DNA from: Adineta vaga
Lineage: Eukaryota > Animalia > Rotifera
Reading direction: 5' to 3'
NCBI GenBank assembly: GCA_021613535.1
Contig: CP075497.1
Location: 7,874,001-7,938,000, forward strand
DNA: 64,000 bases
Of the stretch, positions 27,559 to 41,017 are shown piece after piece. A model generated the notes under the pieces. The model was not told where the DNA came from, ran no database searches, and worked only from the letters and a program-made list of their open reading frames with translations. Numbering within the stretch: the stretch's first letter is position 1; each line of letters opens with the position of its first letter. The position numbers and the translations under genes were made by a program.

Positions 27559-28504
27559 ATGGTTCGAAAGAAAAGTGTTGTGAAACGTTCAAATGATGAA
27601 AAAGAAAATGATAATCCACTTTCCGAAAATGGTAAACGTAAAACTGCTCTTTTGTTATGTACAATTAGCACTGTTTTTGTAATGGATTCTAACTATTGAA
27701 TTAATGAATTTAGATAGTCCACTTGTAGCTGGTCAAAAACGATCAATTGAATTAGTTGATACAAATACTGTTGATGATAAAGAAATTGAAATCAAGAATT
27801 TGAAAAGACGATGTGCTGATCTGGAATATCGTGTTGAAATTCTAGAAAAAACTTGTTCTGGTAAGTTTGTAAGTTTTGATCGTATTTGTATTGTATTTTT
27901 CCAGTAATTCCTCAAGATATGGTGAGTATCCAAGAATTATGTGAAGAAATATCACAAAACTCGAATAATAATAAAGATGGTATTGCAGCAGGCGGTGATA
28001 TTAGTGGTTTTATGACAGGTGATATTGATGGTATTGTTCCAATGAATGTTCAGGATGTTGTAGTCGATTATAATGATACTGTTATTCCAACAAAGAATGA
28101 TAATAATGCTACTATAACATGTTCTGATAATGATGACACAACAGGACGTGGTTTTTCAACATTTACGATTGATAATAAAATATTGACTTCGCTGAAAAAA
28201 GATAGCAAGACAACAACTGCTCGTTCAATTCTTAAATATCTGTTTCCTGATCCACAATTTAACTGTAAACTTTCTGATGTTGATAAATTAATTGTTGATG
28301 AAATCATCAGTAAGTTAATCTTTGTTTATTTCTATATTCGTTTAATTGCATTACATAGAGTACGTCGAAGAAATGCATCCCGACGATACAGCAACAACTA
28401 CAGCAAAAGTCAAACATTCGATGTCAAATTATTTTGGTTCTATTAATCACAAGAAAAAGAAAGCGTTATTTCGATTAAATAAAAATCTTAAAACAAGCAA
28501 ATAA
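27559..28504 (+). CDS. Transposon accessory gene 2: coiled coil plus BEN-like domain, about 256 aa, 4 exons (27559-27631, 27714-27860, 27905-28309, 28359-28504), inner copy
   Basis: Three phase-1 GT-AG introns (82, 44 and 49 bp) give an open frame. It has a coiled coil 'EIEIKNLKRRCADLEYRVEILEK' and a C-terminal 'TTTARSILKYLFP...DVDKLIVDEIIKYVEEMHP...KVKHSMSNYFGSINHKKKK' that resembles the BEN helix pattern. Confidence 0.7.
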
Positions 28505-29688
28505 ACGTTCTCGGAGATAAATAATAAGATTTTCTTTGTGTTTTATATGTGAAACACGCTTTCGCCTTCTTTTGGTTTGTTTTCTTTACACAACTGTTTG
28601 TTTTTTTTTGTTGTTGAAATTCATTCGAAGAATGATTACAATATGAATTATTCTTCCATTTATATCTGTCGATTTTCTCATTATTGATCTTTTTTTCTCA
28701 TTTATGTTTATATTTAAACTCGTTATCAATGAGAGCGCCTCATTGTCGTCTTTTATTTGATTTATTCGAAAATGTCACTATACCAGAAGTACTAGTTTTA
28801 TGAAAAAAGCATTAGAAGTTTTGAATAAAGACTTTTAAAATTAATTGAACGTTTTTTATTTTCATAAACTTAATTGTTTGATCAATATCGAAAGAAACCT
28901 CGTTTCAATATATTCTTTTTGAATACCTCCTATTAAATATTATGAAATATGAGATAGAAATGCAATCTCCAAGAATTACACATGATGAAAGCGTTATACA
29001 AATTTGATTTGATGGAATAGATTCAAGTATTGATCCATTATCATGTTATCTATTAAATCATTTATCCTTAATCAGATACGTCTTTTAAACATAAAGTTGA
29101 TAAGAAATTCAGTTGAAAACACGAACAAGAAAGCATCAAAAACGGAAACGTGAAAGAACATGTTTTGATTAATAAAACTGATACTTATCTTGATGTAAAT
29201 TGTCGCTTTACAGTGAACAAAACAGCATTCTTTCATTATCATTTTCAGACTAACTTTTTATTCATTGAGTCGAAAATATATTGTTTAATAATTAGAATTA
29301 AAAATAAATGAATGATTCATTAGAAAAAATCTTATTTCTTCGAAATGATTTAGATTTTACTATTTCTTTCCCAATAGAATTTGATTACCGTGCATCATTT
29401 AAAGGCTGATGCTAGAAATTTTCTTGATGGTCTTGAACAATCAAATAATTACTTAATATTCCGTTGATTCATAATCAATTCCTAAATAATTATTGCGATT
29501 TCTTCTCAACTAAAATAATCAAATAAGTTTTTTATTTAAACGAAAAAAGGAGAAAAAGAAAACGAAATTGTATTCGATACATTTAAACAATGCTTGCAAT
29601 AAAACAAGCTAATCTTCTTCGTTTTATGCAAGAAAGGTTATGAAGAAGATCCAAATTAGCTCAATATGTATCAAATACAAGAACAGAA

Positions 29689-32234
29689 TTAGTCATTGCA
29701 TAGATTCCGTTCCTCATTGTCCATAGATTGTCGCTTTAAAGCTTTTCCTTGTCTTTTGCGTTCATCGACAAGGAAATCACACATTTTTGGTCGTACTAAC
29801 TTTGCATAACAGTTATCATAATATAATGAAGATATTTTGTATTTCACTCGAATCGATTCTAAAGAAAAAATATTTATTTTAATTAAAAAATATACATATT
29901 TGGACACTAATTCCTTGAGGAAGAAATAAAAAAGTTATATTATCATCAAAATACCAAAAGAAACTATATCAGCTTGAATTAAATATTTAAAAAAATGAAC
30001 CTGTCACAAGAGTCTTCCTATATAAAACAAAGTGATCAAAAATTAGATCGACATTCATTTTCACTGATTGCAAGCAAATCAATCTATTCAAAGAAGTTCT
30101 CTGTCGAAATCAATATATAATTCATTCTTAGAATTAGACATATAATTGCTTTCATAAATGTTTGTTTGAAAAACATAGTTTTATTTTCATAATTAAAGAT
30201 TAATACTAAATTAAACAACTGTTTTAAATGTAATCCATTCTAATTACAGCTATGGAAAATCACGATGTTTTCTATTAATTGACTTAGAGATATGTAGATT
30301 TTTCGACATTTCGTTAATAGACAAATAGCAAATACAACAGCAACTCATCTCTCGGTATATCATTCTAGTTGGATATCAGATGATTATCTGCTATAGAAAT
30401 AATCGAAAATATGACATATATTTATTGATACAATCAAAAATCGATCTTGCATTCAATTAAAGATACCTACCGTGAAACAGATGAAAACGTACGGGATCTA
30501 AAGATGGTCGTGCTAGATGACTCCGGGCTGGAGGTAAAATAGAACTACCTAGTTCTTCTGATGTATATAATGTTTTTAAAATTTTTCGTCCGAAATCAAA
30601 TATATCTCTTGCACGAATTTCTAGAAGGTTTTTGTTATCATACATCTTTAAGAAAAAGCATATACTCTATGTAATCAATGGAGCAAATTTGATAATACAT
30701 ACGACTTCTTTAGGAAAAATTTCATCTTTCTCTCGATATGAATCCAAGTTCTGATGAACCTAGAATTTAAAAATAAAAGAATATATCGAATCCAACAACC
30801 ACATATTTGCATATCATTACAGCATGTGGAATCATTTGATTCAATTTCCTAGAGAAACTTGAAAATTTCTTTTCGAGTTGTTGTAAAATTGTGTGATGCA
30901 TATCATCAATTGTTTGATAAACTACCTGAGCTACAAATATATTATGTTTATATTTAAATAATTATAAATGAATTCACATCATTTAAAATCACTTAGATTG
31001 AGAATTTCTTTGGAATCGTTATACATACCTTCGACACTTTCATTTTCTTTATTATTTCCATTACTCATAGTAGTATCTAAAAAGCAATAAGAATAAAATA
31101 TGAACGGATACAATTACATGAGAAATATACGTTGCATTGTTAAAAGATTCACAGCAGATCGACGAATTTCTAAATAAAATAAGTTATATGTTTGATTTCT
31201 TCTTTTAAAGTTTACTAGTACTATATTTACTTTTACTGATTGATAAATCTTTTCGTGTTGTGACATCAGGATAATCGACGTTTTCTAAAATATAAAAGTG
31301 GATGAATACTTGTTTAATATTTAGCCTTGTTTGTAGCTTCTATCAAAATGCTTTCTCAATTGAAAATTTATCTGCTCGTCTGAAAGATTCTAAGATGAAA
31401 ATGGTTCTATAGCATAAATCAATATGAAATGAAAAGGATTATTTCTATACGTTTACCGTCGTTATTCTCAGATGAACACGAAGACAATTTTCTTTTTTTT
31501 GTTGACAGTGATTGCTCTGCAGAAAAAAAATAGAAAAGGCAAATATTATAATTTGTTTCTACGAAAAAAGAAGAATACTCGGTATCTTATACTGAACATT
31601 ATTGTCATTGTTTCTATCATCACCTTGCACATCATCAGTTTCTTCTAGAATATTTAGCGCAAACATTAGATCATGATAAAAAGAAGCAATCAAAATGCTC
31701 GTCATATCGTCAAGCAGAATGATATGAGATAGTATTTACCTTCTTGATCATCATCATCATCATCAGTAGCATTCATCTGTCCCAATTGCAATTGCTCATA
31801 CATTATATTACATTGACTGTATGAACCTATAGAATCAAAACAAAAAGAACATGTATGCGACATGTAATGTATATATGTAGTTCGAGAAATTATCTGAATA
31901 TTATCTTCTCTAACAGGAATTTGATACATTTCTGAGAATTGTATGATATTTAATACTATGTTATTAGTGAACTTTCTCATTGTAATTTACTATTCTGTTA
32001 AATGAGAATATATATATATATCATACCTTTCGCTTCAATTGTTGCACAACGAGAATTCTGACCTTTTCCCACATTTGCTTTATCTTCAATTATCGATCTG
32101 ATACTTGATCGTTTTACTATAAGTAATTCATCATTATCATCAAAACGAAGTAAATAATTTTCTTGACTATATAGATTTGGTTGTGATGGTGAAAACTTTT
32201 TCGGTGCATTTGTTTTTCGTGGAGATCGAATCAT
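29689..32234 (-). CDS. Transposon accessory gene 1: about 11 short exons, acidic/basic linker, coiled coil, C-terminal BEN-like domain, inner copy
   Basis: MIRSPRK...YLLRFDDNDELLIVKRSSI (exon 1) is followed by micro-exons. The end reads 'DIFDFGRKILKTLYTSEELGSSILPP...RPSLDPVRFHLFH|ESIRVKYKI...KLVRPKMCDFLVDERKR', which resembles BEN. The internal exon choice is partly uncertain. Confidence 0.72.
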
Positions 32235-32696
32235 TCTTTATTATATAAAAGTAAAATCTAAAACAAAGGATTTAGGTAAAAAGTATAATGGAATCAAATC
32301 TTAAATAGTATTATCTTATGCTCTGTACTATGCAATTCAAATCATTATATACAATAGATAATACATATTAATACAATATTCTACTACCATAATGTTACAT
32401 TATACTATACATTAGATTACTAGAAGTTGAACATACTTTAAATATCTGAACAAAAGCTTCGAATCTTTTCTTTTTGTGTAATGAAACATGATTTCTGTAC
32501 TTAACATAGTTTAATGGGAAATAATTTCTAATTCAAAAACTCGCAATTGATCTATTTCGATGGTTACTTTCTAGGAATCATATGTATAACAGGATCATTT
32601 CTTTACATAATTGATTGGATTAAGAGAAAAGAGTTGTCTAAAAATGTATTTCTTTAATACATGTAATATAAAAATCGATACTAAAAGACAATACTT

Positions 32697-35600
32697 TTAA
32701 TCGTGTTCATGATATGCAGATACTTCCGTTACAATTAATTGCTGTTGAAACTCAAATGTAATGCAATGCTTGATAACATTATCAATATTAACAACGTCAA
32801 ATAAATCAGATGGTTGTTTGGATAAAAGACTAAAGAAACTATCTAATGGTTTTTCTAGTAAAGAAAAATATGATGATGATTTGAAAAAACAGCTGAAGTT
32901 GTTATTTTGAATATGACGTTGAATAACAGCATAATTCGTGGTAAGAAATGAGAAAAATAATATAATTTTTCCAAAATATTTAGTATCATTTGATGATTCA
33001 TAATAAGATATGAAATAACTATTGGATTTTCCTCTTTTGTTATAAATTAACGAATGAAACATATGATTACGTATAAGACATCGCCTATAAATCGAAATGC
33101 AATTTAGACGATTTGAACACGTGCATAATTTGTCATGATACTGTATGATAATAGGATAATCATGAAGATTGATATCAACTTTAACGTCTGTTGGTTTTGA
33201 AATTGTTTCAAGTTGTGTATGAAAAGTATGTGAGTGTAAATGAAAATCTATATTATAGTAATGTACTATCAAATCAGAATAATAGGTGGAGCCATGTACG
33301 TTTTTGCTTATGTGACCAATAAGATCTTCTTGATGGAAACATCCAATATTTCCCAAAGAACCATAATTTAGATATTGTGTATCGAAATGGCGATGCATAT
33401 GTAAAACGTAATTTTGAATATTTTCATAAAATATTTTGTGGTCCTCGTAATATTTATTGAATAATTTACTAGCAATTCCTTGTGTTGCATCACCAAACAC
33501 AGAAGGCTGTGAATGATACAATCTGATCGAACAAATAAACAGAGCGAAATGAGATAGTTGTCGAATATTAATAAACTCTAACGATAATGGTAAAAATCCA
33601 TAAAACAGAATATTTCGTAATTCTACTGCTTTTATGAATGAAAACTCCTTGAAAGGTTTCATCTTTCGATGAAAAAAATGTGGAAATACTTGATACTTCA
33701 ATCTGTTATCGAATCGTTCACGTTCTTTTGGTTTAAATTGTTTATAAAGTTCAGCGAAAACAGTTTTCGCATGACGTAACAAAGTCACATGTTGGTAATC
33801 GATTAAAATGGCATGTGGTAATGGAGCATCAAGTATATCTTGTAGAATCGAAATACCTAAAATTACAAATATTGTATGATTTAAATAGAAAAGTTGAATC
33901 TATCTTTCTTGAAAAATCTTCTTTGAATATTTTTAATATTTATTAGTTTAAAAATTATTGTTAAAAGCTGTTGTAATTCTAATCTACTTAAGCAAATTCT
34001 ACAGAAATAATATGTAATTACATTGGAAATCTTTGTATTTTTACATAACAATTTATTTCTTTATTCAAATATTTTTATAAACTTATGAGAATCATATGCT
34101 ACAAAGAATATCTCGGTAAGTACATTATTTTAAAAGTATTGTAACAATAATTCACCTTTATGTCCACAAACTTTTTCTTTTAATCTTTCAGCTTGTTCTG
34201 ACTGTTTGTAATATTTTTCGGGAAAACGAAGAAGTACTTTTTTTTCGTAAAAGTATTGTCTTTTCTTTTCAACATTGACACCACGCGTATAGCAAAAATT
34301 ACAACAGTAATAGCCACCGTGTCCATTAAATTCAAGAATTTTACTTAATGCTGGTGAATCACCAGTGATTGATAGGAATTTTATATTAATACGCTGTGTT
34401 TCATTGATTATTATTCCTAAAACAAATAAAATATATACACTATTCGTTCTATCTTATCGAAACTGATGATAATTGCGTTAATATAAAAAATAAGCTGAAT
34501 TTAATTGTATTTGGTAGAGAATAAACTAATATAATATAAACATGTACGAAAATAACTACAGATAAAAAGATTCTTTCGAAAAATCAGAACTCAGTACTCA
34601 TCTGAAATTATATTAACTGTTCTATATTGATTTATAATTTTTATTTTCATAATTCTGTTAGCATAAGATAATCAACTTTCCTGTCTTAATAACGGCAAAA
34701 GTTTATATTTTTCTAATATAAATCATATTGTTCATCATAGATTAAACATTCTTTCTCTTCTTCCTGATGTACTCGATAGTTTTTACGATCAATACATACA
34801 TATGTTGAAAAACAAAACGAGAAATAGATTGTTTTCATTGGTAAGACGTATTGTTAGATATTAATCGATGGTTAAAATTCTGAATTACATAAAAAACATT
34901 TTTCCTTACTTCTTTTATCAAAAAAACTCACTAATCCAACTGAATAGGAAAAGATCTATTTTAATCATATCTAACCTTTCGTTTTTATGACTTTGATCAC
35001 GTTCATACAATTTCGTAACCAAATTTTCGCATCAGGTTCTTTATAGCTAAACCAAAAAGAGAAAAGAACATTGTTATAACGACGACTACGTAATTGAGGC
35101 TTTAATTCGATTATTGAACCGGAAAACAACCACATCTTCATATTTGATGATTTGGATAAACTAATACCATCAAGATGTAGCAAAAATGTAATAAAATTAT
35201 CATGTACATTATATTTCAGTAATTCTTGATAAAGATAATTAAATCCTATATCATTACTTCCATCTGTATCATTCATCAAACGAAGTTGATTTCGATATTC
35301 ATCGATTTCAACTTTCAATCGTATATAAATATTCTTGATATATTCTTCAATATCTATATCATATATGAAAGCAAAATTTCTAAAATCATTCGATGAACAT
35401 TTCAAACAAGATCTTGTCGTAAGTGGTACATAACTATTACATTTTGTACATAACATACGTTTCTTGAAAGTATTGCTTTCTATTTCTAATTGTTGTAAAA
35501 GATTTTCCATTTTCTTCGGTACATTATTTGGCGATGGAAGTATTGAACTAATAAATGATAATAAATGATTTGCTTGCAACTTACATGTGTGAGAATTTCT

Positions 35601-36035
35601 TAAGAAAATCAGTAATTTCAAACAAAATTCTTTGGTCGAAACGCTTGTGTAATAATGTAATAAATTTTCAGGAGTAATCTCAAATTCATCAAACCATAAT
35701 GAACTATTAATACTTAATGAATCATGAATAATCGGATTATTATCTATCTCGATAACTTCTAAACGATTTTTATTGTCAAAATTCTCTTGATATTTCAAAC
35801 TATTGTCGTTCATCTGTCTTTCCAAGAAACTATTGTTTTCGTCATTTAGTGTGAGTTTTGATGTAAAATCAATTTGAGATGGAAGTAAAGAAATAGCATC
35901 AGATGATTCATTTTCATTTGGTACTTCTTCACAATAAAATTTTCGTTTTTTTTTCTTTTTTTCATAATATTCCATTGATCTTTTAAAGTTTCTTTTTTCG
36001 ACAAATTCAAGTTGTTGCCCAAGATCAAAATCCAT
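32697..36035 (-). CDS. Intact EnSpm/CACTA TnpD-like (Transposase_21 family) DDE transposase, about 826 aa, 3 exons (36035-34976, 34416-34156, 33856-32697)
   Basis: Motifs CTKC..CLKC, 'LHLDGISLSKSS..MW....IELKPQLR', 'ITGDSPALSK...GHGGYYCCNFC', 'LIDYQHVTL', 'KAVELRNILFY', 'YVLHMHRH' and terminal 'YHEHD'. Canonical splice sites keep the frame open (2481 nt). Confidence 0.88.
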
Positions 36036-37489
36036 ATTCAACCTAATGATAAAATCTTTGAATAAAAACAAAAATTGAAACGTTAAAACTATTTCTTTCA
36101 CTAGTAATATGTTTACATTCAGATATCTAAAATAAATGAAAATCAAAAGAAAGCATTTAACATTGTAATAGGGATCTATATCTTGTTATTATTATAGAAA
36201 CATAAGCAAGATATTCAAATTTTATAGAAAGTACATCTTACAATGAATATACGATGTATAGATGTCACCAGATAAAAGCAGCTAACTTGCAATATAGCTG
36301 TTCGGAACATGATTTTTTAATATTGACTTTTTAACAGACATCTTCTCAGAATTTAATGACAAAATACAGTTGATTGTGATCCATTACATAATATTAAATG
36401 AATAATATACAAAATTTATACCATGGACATTATAACCAGCAAAAATAAAGTCAGATATTTACTGAAATGTGACCAATATAGATATTGATTAGATTTTCTT
36501 TAAGCAAAGATCAATGCACCATTCATCATAGTCGTTTACAAGTAGTTTTTACGAAAAAATTACTTTAGAATCGACTATATGATCAAAGATTTATTTGGAA
36601 CTATCTGTAGTTAATTCAAAAAAATATCGTTATAGTCTGATATCTGTCCAATAGCTTAAGATCACAGAGAGAGTTCACGTTGTTTGTATTAGATTTTACT
36701 CAATATTCGACGATTATCAATAATATTCAATCAAGATCCACTCTCAATAATAAGTTATAAATAAATAATCTTTGTTTATCCTTTCTGTATGACCACTATG
36801 TTAAAGCATAGTAACTGAGGTGATACGAATTTCAATCGATCTCCACTAATAGAGATTAGGTTATATTGTGTTGATCAAAACTCAATACAGACGGTTAAAC
36901 AGCACTAGCATTTAATAAGAAAGATAAGATATCCTGAAGAATCCAAAGTAAATACTAGAATATTGGATTTTCAAAAATTCAAAATTTTATAAGATTCATT
37001 AGATATCCCTAGATATCAAGATTTAATTACAACTTGAATATTACTGATTTTATCACGATTTCGGATACCTTTTCGTAGTTTCTATCCAATTTCAGCTGTT
37101 TTTAATCATTGGTTTTCTATCTCTTTTTAAAAGTGAAAAATCACAATCTGAAATCATTTCTAATAATTTCTCTTCCAGAAATTATTTTCTTCTTCTGCGT
37201 CAACGTATAATAGTATAATCAATACCAAAAACAACCTGCCATCCCTCTGATATATTGTTTAACACTCAAGCAATTCTTTTCTCGGTATATGATGACTACT
37301 TGTAATTACCAACATTTCAGAATTATTCTTGTATTTGGCATACATATAACCATAATCACTATCAAGTTCGATTTCGCTTGACAAACCATATCGTATTAAG
37401 TTGCAAATGTAATTAGGCATTATTATTTATTTCACTAAGGTTTAACCATTATGCTAAATGACGTCTGTAACTTTCCGATTGTTTCCAAC

Positions 37490-37891
37490 ATTTACCTGTG
37501 ATAAGTTCTTGTCGGATCTATATTGTCGGACAGCGTTAAAATCCGATCGAAGGAACTCCTGTGTTCCTGTAGAATCCGACAAGTTCTGATAGCAGTAACT
37601 GAACGGATTTTCTCGGAATTCGGTGTCATGTGAAACTGTAAATTCCGATAATTTCTTGACACCGGATTACATCGGATCTGATCAGAAACAGTCGAATATG
37701 GGAATCGGATCTGATCGGTTCCGAATTTATGTATCTTGTCGGAAAGTGTCGGATCCGATAAGCGGATACCAAGGGAAGTTGATGGATTGCATCGGAATCC
37801 GTTGACAAGTGGCCGACCGGATCCGATCATCCGTTTGACAACGGATTTGAAAGGTGTCCGGCAGGATCCGATGGACACGTTTTGACCTGGG
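37490..37891. repeat. Left-end subterminal repeats, inner copy
   Basis: Reverse complement of 19189-19590. Confidence 0.85.
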
Positions 37892-38471
37892 ACCATCTGA
37901 TTTATTTGACGTTGTTAATATTGATAATGTTATCAAGCATTGCATTACATTTGAGTTTCAACAGCAATTAATTGTAACGGAAGTATCTGCATATCATGAA
38001 CACGATTAAAAGTATTGTCTTTTAGTATCGATTTTTATATTACATGTATTAAAGAAATACATTTTTAGACAACTCTTTTCTCTTAATCCAATCAATTATG
38101 TAAAGAAATGATCCTGTTATACATATGATTCCTAGAAAGTAACCATCGAAATAGATCAATTGCGAGTTTTTGAATTAGAAATTATTTCCCATTAAACTAT
38201 GTTAAGTACAGAAATCATGTTTCATTACACAAAAAGAAAAGATTCGAAGCTTTTGTTCAGATATTTAAAGTATGTTCAACTTCTAGTAATCTAATGTATA
38301 GTATAATGTAACATTATGGTAGTAGAATATTGTATTAATATGTATTATCTATTGTATATAATGATTTGAATTGCATAGTACAGAGCATAAGATAATACTA
38401 TTTAAGATTTGATTCCATTATACTTTTTACCTAAATCCTTTGTTTTAGATTTTACTTTTATATAATAAAGA

Positions 38472-41017
38472 ATGATTCGATCTCCACGAAAAACAAATGC
38501 ACCGAAAAAGTTTTCACCATCACAACCAAATCTATATAGTCAAGAAAATTATTTACTTCGTTTTGATGATAATGATGAATTACTTATAGTAAAACGATCA
38601 AGTATCAGATCGATAATTGAAGATAAAGCAAATGTGGGAAAAGGTCAGAATTCTCGTTGTGCAACAATTGAAGCGAAAGGTATGATATATATATATATTC
38701 TCATTTAACAGAATAGTAAATTACAATGAGAAAGTTCACTAATAACATAGTATTAAATATCATACAATTCTCAGAAATGTATCAAATTCCTGTTAGAGAA
38801 GATAATATTCAGATAATTTCTCGAACTACATATATACATTACATGTCGCATACATGTTCTTTTTGTTTTGATTCTATAGGTTCATACAGTCAATGTAATA
38901 TAATGTATGAGCAATTGCAATTGGGACAGATGAATGCTACTGATGATGATGATGATGATCAAGAAGGTAAATACTATCTCATATCATTCTGCTTGACGAT
39001 ATGACGAGCATTTTGATTGCTTCTTTTTATCATGATCTAATGTTTGCGCTAAATATTCTAGAAGAAACTGATGATGTGCAAGGTGATGATAGAAACAATG
39101 ACAATAATGTTCAGTATAAGATACCGAGTATTCTTCTTTTTTCGTAGAAACAAATTATAATATTTGCCTTTTCTATTTTTTTTCTGCAGAGCAATCACTG
39201 TCAACAAAAAAAAGAAAATTGTCTTCGTGTTCATCTGAGAATAACGACGGTAAACGTATAGAAATAATCCTTTTCATTTCATATTGATTTATGCTATAGA
39301 ACCATTTTCATCTTAGAATCTTTCAGACGAGCAGATAAATTTTCAATTGAGAAAGCATTTTGATAGAAGCTACAAACAAGGCTAAATATTAAACAAGTAT
39401 TCATCCACTTTTATATTTTAGAAAACGTCGATTATCCTGATGTCACAACACGAAAAGATTTATCAATCAGTAAAAGTAAATATAGTACTAGTAAACTTTA
39501 AAAGAAGAAATCAAACATATAACTTATTTTATTTAGAAATTCGTCGATCTGCTGTGAATCTTTTAACAATGCAACGTATATTTCTCATGTAATTGTATCC
39601 GTTCATATTTTATTCTTATTGCTTTTTAGATACTACTATGAGTAATGGAAATAATAAAGAAAATGAAAGTGTCGAAGGTATGTATAACGATTCCAAAGAA
39701 ATTCTCAATCTAAGTGATTTTAAATGATGTGAATTCATTTATAATTATTTAAATATAAACATAATATATTTGTAGCTCAGGTAGTTTATCAAACAATTGA
39801 TGATATGCATCACACAATTTTACAACAACTCGAAAAGAAATTTTCAAGTTTCTCTAGGAAATTGAATCAAATGATTCCACATGCTGTAATGATATGCAAA
39901 TATGTGGTTGTTGGATTCGATATATTCTTTTATTTTTAAATTCTAGGTTCATCAGAACTTGGATTCATATCGAGAGAAAGATGAAATTTTTCCTAAAGAA
40001 GTCGTATGTATTATCAAATTTGCTCCATTGATTACATAGAGTATATGCTTTTTCTTAAAGATGTATGATAACAAAAACCTTCTAGAAATTCGTGCAAGAG
40101 ATATATTTGATTTCGGACGAAAAATTTTAAAAACATTATATACATCAGAAGAACTAGGTAGTTCTATTTTACCTCCAGCCCGGAGTCATCTAGCACGACC
40201 ATCTTTAGATCCCGTACGTTTTCATCTGTTTCACGGTAGGTATCTTTAATTGAATGCAAGATCGATTTTTGATTGTATCAATAAATATATGTCATATTTT
40301 CGATTATTTCTATAGCAGATAATCATCTGATATCCAACTAGAATGATATACCGAGAGATGAGTTGCTGTTGTATTTGCTATTTGTCTATTAACGAAATGT
40401 CGAAAAATCTACATATCTCTAAGTCAATTAATAGAAAACATCGTGATTTTCCATAGCTGTAATTAGAATGGATTACATTTAAAACAGTTGTTTAATTTAG
40501 TATTAATCTTTAATTATGAAAATAAAACTATGTTTTTCAAACAAACATTTATGAAAGCAATTATATGTCTAATTCTAAGAATGAATTATATATTGATTTC
40601 GACAGAGAACTTCTTTGAATAGATTGATTTGCTTGCAATCAGTGAAAATGAATGTCGATCTAATTTTTGATCACTTTGTTTTATATAGGAAGACTCTTGT
40701 GACAGGTTCATTTTTTTAAATATTTAATTCAAGCTGATATAGTTTCTTTTGGTATTTTGATGATAATATAACTTTTTTATTTCTTCCTCAAGGAATTAGT
40801 GTCCAAATATGTATATTTTTTAATTAAAATAAATATTTTTTCTTTAGAATCGATTCGAGTGAAATACAAAATATCTTCATTATATTATGATAACTGTTAT
40901 GCAAAGTTAGTACGACCAAAAATGTGTGATTTCCTTGTCGATGAACGCAAAAGACAAGGAAAAGCTTTAAAGCGACAATCTATGGACAATGAGGAACGGA
41001 ATCTATGCAATGACTAA
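38472..41017 (+). CDS. Transposon accessory gene 1 (BEN-like), outer copy
   Basis: Reverse complement of 29689-32234, with identical ORF translations. Confidence 0.72.

Larger units (their letters stand above)
24268..37891 (-). mobile_element. Inner full-length, apparently intact EnSpm/CACTA transposon (13,624 bp), inverted
   Basis: AC|CCCAGGTGATTC at 24268 and TTGACCTGGG|AC at 37891. Removing it plus one AC restores ...AAACAACCATCTGA..., identical to the uninterrupted sequence at about 32806-32820 (minus strand). Confidence 0.95.
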
